The notes below the pieces were generated by a model that worked only from the letters and a program-made list of their open reading frames with translations, ran no database searches and was not told where the DNA came from. A DNA stretch of 64,000 nucleotides from Antedon mediterranea. Lineage: Eukaryota; Animalia; Echinodermata. The stretch covers positions 2,852,001-2,916,000 of the forward strand of contig NC_092671.1 of NCBI RefSeq assembly GCF_964355755.1, written 5' to 3'. A program made the translations under genes and the position numbers. This document shows, piece by piece, positions 58,622 through 64,000 of this stretch (the first letter of the stretch is position 1; each line of letters starts with the position of its first letter).

Positions 58622-59277
58622 CCGTATCAATTCTAAGAATTGCAGTTACTGTATACATTTTAAGACATGCACGCAAACGTATCAATATTAGGAATTTCAG
58701 CAACCATATCAATTGAAGAATTGCGGCAACCGTATCAATTTGAGAATTGCAGCAATCGTATCAATGTTAAGAATTGCAGAAATCATATCAATTTTAAGAA
58801 TTGCAGCAATCGTATTAATTTTAAGAATTGCAGCATGCCGTATCAATTTTAAGAATTGTAGCAACCGTAACAATTTTAAGATTTGCAGGAACGTATCAAT
58901 TTTAAGAATTGCAGTAACTGTATCAATGTTAAGAATTGCAGAAATCATATCAATTTTAGCATGCCGTATCAATTTTAGAATTGTAGCAACCGTATCAATT
59001 TTAAGATTTTTAGGAACTGTCAATTTTAAGAATTGCAGCAACTGTATCAATTGAAGAATTGCAGTAACCGTATCAATGTAAAAACTGCAGCCACTGTATC
59101 AATGTTAAGAATTGCAGAAATATTATCAATTTAAAGAATTGCAGCAATCGTATCGTTTTTAAGAATTGCAGCATGCCGTAAACTATCAATTGTAAGAATT
59201 ATAGCAACCGTATCAATGTTAAGATTTGCAGGATCTGTATCAATGTTAAGAACTGCAGAAATTGTATCAATTTTTAA
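58622..59277. repeat. 27-bp minisatellite x~24 (cgtatcaattttaagaattgcagcaac)
   Basis: 9-aa periodicity in overlapping spurious ORFs; the array stops abruptly at TTAA 59274-59277. Confidence 0.9.
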
Positions 59278-60462
59278 AGGACAACTGTACCGAGGACCAT
59301 ATTTTAAAAACGTATTAGGGGTATACATATGATTTCAGAACCATCGCGAAATCGAGGATATCGCCGCACGCGCTCGCCGTACAGCCGTCGCCGTAAATTG
59401 CTGTGACGTCACAGGTGCATCGCATAATCTACTTAATGAGTTTTCGCTGTTGTTACCATACAATAGATAGGTACCGTCACTTCAATTGCTTATTTAACCT
59501 TTTAAATTACTTAAATTTGCCAAAATGTTTTCCTGGTATTTTGAAGAAACACTTCAATATCCAGATAGACAAAACAAACAATAAAACAATTCAACTTTTA
59601 TATTTTTTACGATTTATTTAAAAAGTGTGTTTACTAGAAATGTTCGCGCTTTGCGAGACTTGTCTATGGGACCCGAAGAGTAGCTAGTAGAAACATGACG
59701 TATGACGTTCTGGAATCATTCAACCATATCGGACTCAAAACTTTTTCTCTGCTGCATGCTAGCTGCTGTGTGGTGGTGGTGTGTATGTGACGTGTGGTGA
59801 TGTGGTAAACTGTGTGTGTGAGATAGTTGTAATTTTTCCAGACAAGTTTTTTAGCATTGATCGTGGGCTTATCACGTAAGTTTAAAAAAAAAATTAGATT
59901 ATGTTTGTTTTTGTGTCAGGGTCTCGTAATTTCAATTTTGGAAAACAAAACTAGGCCTAACCTAGGCCTAGGCCTAGGTCCCCTCTGGCTCTGCTGCCGC
60001 TGTTTTCTTTTATATATATGCCTAGCCTAGGTCCTAGTAGGAGTCTGGGTAAGCCTATTCTACTAGGCTAGGCCTATAATAAATAGGCTACTAATTGATA
60101 TGCGCAAGAGCCTAGTATAGTACTATGCCTACCTAGTACCAGCCTAGGCCTAGTAGTACTCTACTACTAGCTTAGAGTGGGTCTGATTATTTTGGGCCTT
60201 TGGCCATGGCATGGGTGGGGCATGGCCGCCGTTTATGAACGCCTAAAAATTCATGAACTTATTATAATAATATTAATAATATTTTACTCGAAATCCTCAC
60301 TCATAATCATATTGTGCCCAGCTAGAGGAAGGGTTAGGCAGATGGATTGAATACTACTAGGTAGACCCAGGGCCTACTAGGCAGTGCATATCAAATCGGT
60401 ATTTAATATAGCCCAATTTAATACTCTCATTTAATTTCATCATAGACACATAACGATAAAAC

Positions 60463-61435
60463 ATGGCTGAAGTGCATGAAACAGAAGAAGAAGAGTATGG
60501 AAGTGACGACGATATTTTTTATTCTGTTCCAAGACCATATTTATTTGAACCACAATACTCACCAACCGAGATAGAGCGCAGAAGAAAGGAGAAGAATAAT
60601 AGTGCAGTTGCACCCCTGCCAACAGCTTTAGTAAGTAGACTGAATGACAGTTTTTGGTGTACATGTGGTTTTTGTACACCAATGGCAACGGAAGACGAAT
60701 GTGTATGTTGCAATGAAGTTCAACAAACATTGTCTTTGTTAGAGAGAGAGAGGCCTACTACAACTCCAATGGAAAAAGATGACGATTTATTATTACGGTG
60801 CATTACATCTCATTGTGATCTTGAAGCACACTTAAATACAAGTGTTTTGACAACATTTTTTCGAAGTCATCGACACAACTGGAAACAATTTCCGAAACCA
60901 AGGGGCCTACATGGCCAACTAAATAATGAGTAAGGCTTTTGGTTTTTTATTCAAGATATCTTTCTTCCTTTATTTTTTTTATTCTTTCTACATAATACAT
61001 TCATTTTGCCGCTAGTTCCATTGTGTTAAACTCAAGAGAACTACTCTATAAGCACAAGAATATGTTTTGTTTTTAAAAATACATTTGACCACTAAATCTG
61101 TTTTGCATGACCATGTTTTCAAAAGTCACTCTAATAACCATTTACTATATAGAATACTAGATATCAACAAGCAGTGAGTAAAACAAAATATAGAAAACAT
61201 GGCACTTTTTATTTTTAACAGACTTAGCTAAAGTCATTCATTTTTTTAAATTATCAGACAATACCGCCTTGTAGCTTACAGAGTTGTACTACAATGGATT
61301 CTACAAGGTGAAAAACTAGGCTACAAGAACAGAATGGTATTGCCAGCTTGTTTGGTCAAGAAAATTAGAGAAAAGTTTCCTTCACCTGATGGAACATACA
61401 AAGGTTTTTCTTGGCCTGCTACTGATGATGCATAA
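60463..61435 (+). CDS. KolX / P2X7 cytoplasmic-ballast-like Cys-rich protein (~214 aa). Exons 60463-60929, 61258-61435
   Basis: PYLFEP, WCTCGFCTPM..EDECVCCNE, CITSH, then YRLVAYR...W...LGYKNRMVLPACLVKKIREKFPSPDGTYKGF, the signature of the P2X7 ballast and the Kolobok accessory protein. No P2X channel domain is present. Confidence 0.88.
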
Positions 61436-61504
61436 TTTGTTCGATTAAACTGAAAAATAAACTTTGTATAACAACAGTATTTAAATCATCACCATCATAA
61501 TCAT

Positions 61505-64000
61505 CTACTGATTATCCATAATTTGCTCGGTTCTTTGACAATATTCATTTATTAATAAATCTTTAGAAGGTTGTTCCTGCTTTGAGATGTTTTTTGGTAA
61601 TTCTGGAAGAGGCACTGCAGATTCTGTATATTTGTACCTTATACCTGGGTCCATTCGTCTCTGTAGCGTCTTCTCAACCAGATCAACAACGTAATCATAT
61701 TTTTTAGCTTCATAAATTTTTTTGGCAGACCATGATCCATCGCCCCGTTTTGGGCAAACCATTTTGTATCGAAGATCACCTACAATTAAATTCAGAAAAA
61801 CAAATCATTTTTAATAGGCCTATTATGTAGCTGGACTAGACAGTTTAGACATGGGTGAACAGAGAATATAATAAAATGTTGTATATTAACTTAAAGTGTC
61901 TTGTTATTTTATTACATGCATTATAAGTATTACCTGCAATTGTTTGTGCCTGTTTCCTGCCAACATTAGCATTATGATCTATAACTGCTAGCTGAGTCCT
62001 GCCTTGCATAGAACCATAATGAAAGTGAATTCGTTTTGGGGCAAACTTGGTGTACGAGGCATGATAGGACTCTAAGGTACCTGAATTGAAGAATTGAGCA
62101 GTGAGTAAGTAAAATGGGTTTTACACTAACGTTTAATTCTTATTGTCTACACAAAAAACATTTCACACCCACCAGTATGCTTAAATTCTCCAAGTTGACC
62201 AAGATCATTATCTAATCTTTTATCCAGTACAATTTTTTTCAAAGCATCATAGGCTGGCGAATCATATTCTAGCCATATCTTGCTTTCTGCTTCTTCTTCT
62301 GTTAGGGCACTGTGTGCACAGGTATTCTCAATCCCATCTTCCTCCCATCTGTGAACATTTACCACGTGATTTAAAATTGATTTCCACCTGTTTTTGAGTA
62401 CCTAAACATTAGTAAAAAAATAGTGTAAAGCTCAATTTAGAGAATGATGATGATGGTGCTCTTTTTTCTTTTATACTAGTATAAGAGCAGTTTATATAGT
62501 ACTGCAATATTTTTTATTGGACACAACTTTATTTTTATTTCTGTATTAATTATATAGTACTTATTAATAATAAACACAGTATAAAGCAGAACTGATTTTT
62601 TAATTTTGAGTATTTTATATATCAATTATCAATATGATGATGTACATAAATATATATTTTTGTTTTGTTTACAGTATATTGACAGGGCTTGTTAAGCACA
62701 TCACAAGATGAGAGTTTCATTACTTTTGCTTTTCCTCTTCACCCCTGTCGATTGAAAAAAAAATTCACTAGTGGTCATACCTGGACATCACCTTTACAAG
62801 TTGCACAACAGAACCACAAATGGTTTGTTATGCTCTTGGTCCACAATAATAGGTGCTCATTTCCCTTCTTTTTACCACTTGCCAAGACTTTCTTTTTAAT
62901 GCCTGAAATATTTGATAAAATATACAATATAGTATTAGTAAAACAATTTATGAACTTTACAAACATGATTACAGTATATACTGTACTCGCTGGTGCTACA
63001 CTAGTAGACTAGAAGAAGTGTCAATTGAAATTACACTGTGCGAGATGAGATAGATTAGAGCAAACTCATATAATGCTCATTTGTACAATATGTATATGGT
63101 GCTTATTTATATACTGATGAGAGTAAAAAAAATGAAGGATTTAATTTGGTTTTAGTTTGTTAGAGAATTATTTTACTGTATCAATCATACCTTTACAAAC
63201 ATGCCAGCAATCAAGCTGATGTGATATCTCCCAGTATTCGTCCTTCATAACTTTTCTGATTGATGGTGATCTGTCAGTTGTGATTGTTTTGATGTTGATG
63301 CCATGACCCAACAAAAACTCTAAACTTCTGATGAAACCTTCCTTTTCCATTGCTACTGAGCTGGAACATTCCGTCACTTGTATCAGCCGAGCATCAACAA
63401 TTTTGTCACTTTTCTCTTCAATAAAAGAGTACGTAGAATATTTTGCGGAATACCCTGGCGAGTCTGACCGGGCGTCCCCCAAAATTGAGATAGTCTCATT
63501 ATCCAAACTTCTTAAAATGAGTTCGGCAATCATCACATCTTGTTGTTCCTTATATGCTTCATTTATGACTGGCAACAAATAACATTTTTGAATTTGATAA
63601 AAACTTGATGATGATAAAAAATGCATATCAAGAATTTTAGCAAAATTATTAATTGCTTGATATGTGTTTCCACTGTACAAAATAGCAGAGGCTGTAAGTA
63701 AATTGATTTCTGCCATTCCACGAACATCTGGACAGCTTTCCCATTTGCCAAAGTGATATTCAGTACATTGCCAATGTACAATTATTTTTGCTCCCCTGTA
63801 TAACACATTTGTTGATATTATCTTCTGACCGCATTCTTGGCATCGCTTAAACATTTCAAGCACACTATCAACATTGACTATCACTTTTCCTGTAACATTA
63901 TCATCTACTACTTCTATTTCTTCTTCAGAGGAAGAAGAACTGTCCTCTTCTGGTATCCATCCCATCGACTCATTTCCATGTGATGATGAAAAGCTTACAT
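61505..64000 (-). CDS. Kolobok DDD/E transposase, 5'-partial. Exons (minus strand) >64000-63191, 62902-62781, 62401-62173, 62080-61934, 61779-61505
   Basis: Phase-consistent GT-AG introns with no stops. CxxC...C..H zinc motif; GDARSDSPGYSAKY; TTDRS; LDCWH; WTKSITNHLWFC; HTGTLESYH; FAPKRIHF; LAVIDHN. Confidence 0.9.

Larger units (their letters stand above)
59278..64000. mobile_element. Autonomous Kolobok DNA transposon (one end; continues beyond the window)
   Basis: ttaa|AGGACAACTGTACCG terminus, followed by convergent KolX-like and DDD/E transposase genes. Confidence 0.85.

Noticed and set aside
53695-59328. ORFs of 60-113 aa over the 50-bp and 27-bp arrays
   Set aside because: Periodic translations of tandem repeats; in the 27-bp array they are open on both strands.
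59278-60000. KolobokP-type long terminal direct repeat bounded by its own short TIRs
   Set aside because: No inverted copy of AGGACAACTGTAC is seen within ~700 bp, and the second gene is KolX-like rather than a His-Me nuclease.
60463-61435. P2RX7 gene
   Set aside because: Only the ballast-like domain is present, with no transmembrane or ectodomain exons, and it lies inside a transposon.

Overview
AT-rich, intron-containing eukaryotic DNA from an invertebrate animal; the taxon cannot be fixed from sequence alone. From start to end the window holds: the 3' exons of TMEM245; a ~4.6-kb TIR-bounded element filled with a palindromic 89-bp satellite and carrying a TSD-less hairpin insertion; a frameshifted intronless class A GPCR pseudogene; a complete 6-exon SLC16/MCT-family transporter gene; and, at the right edge, one end of an apparently intact Kolobok DNA transposon (spliced DDD/E transposase plus convergent KolX/P2X7-ballast-like gene). 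The main candidate for an undescribed system is a tandem cluster of three small spliced genes at 33.7-54.7 kb, only fragments of which appear in the ORF track. Each encodes a signal peptide, a 4-cysteine peptide of ~23-29 aa and a basic cleavage site, and two have a Gly amidation donor. The window also records many transposon scars: 32-35-bp palindromes with 7-bp TSDs that look like P-element excision footprints, TA-to-TAGGCCTA and TA-to-TACTGTA insertions demonstrable against neighbouring repeat copies, a head-to-tail Helitron pair, and nested Harbinger-type MITEs. All gene models were spliced by eye, and family assignments come from recalled motifs, not database searches.
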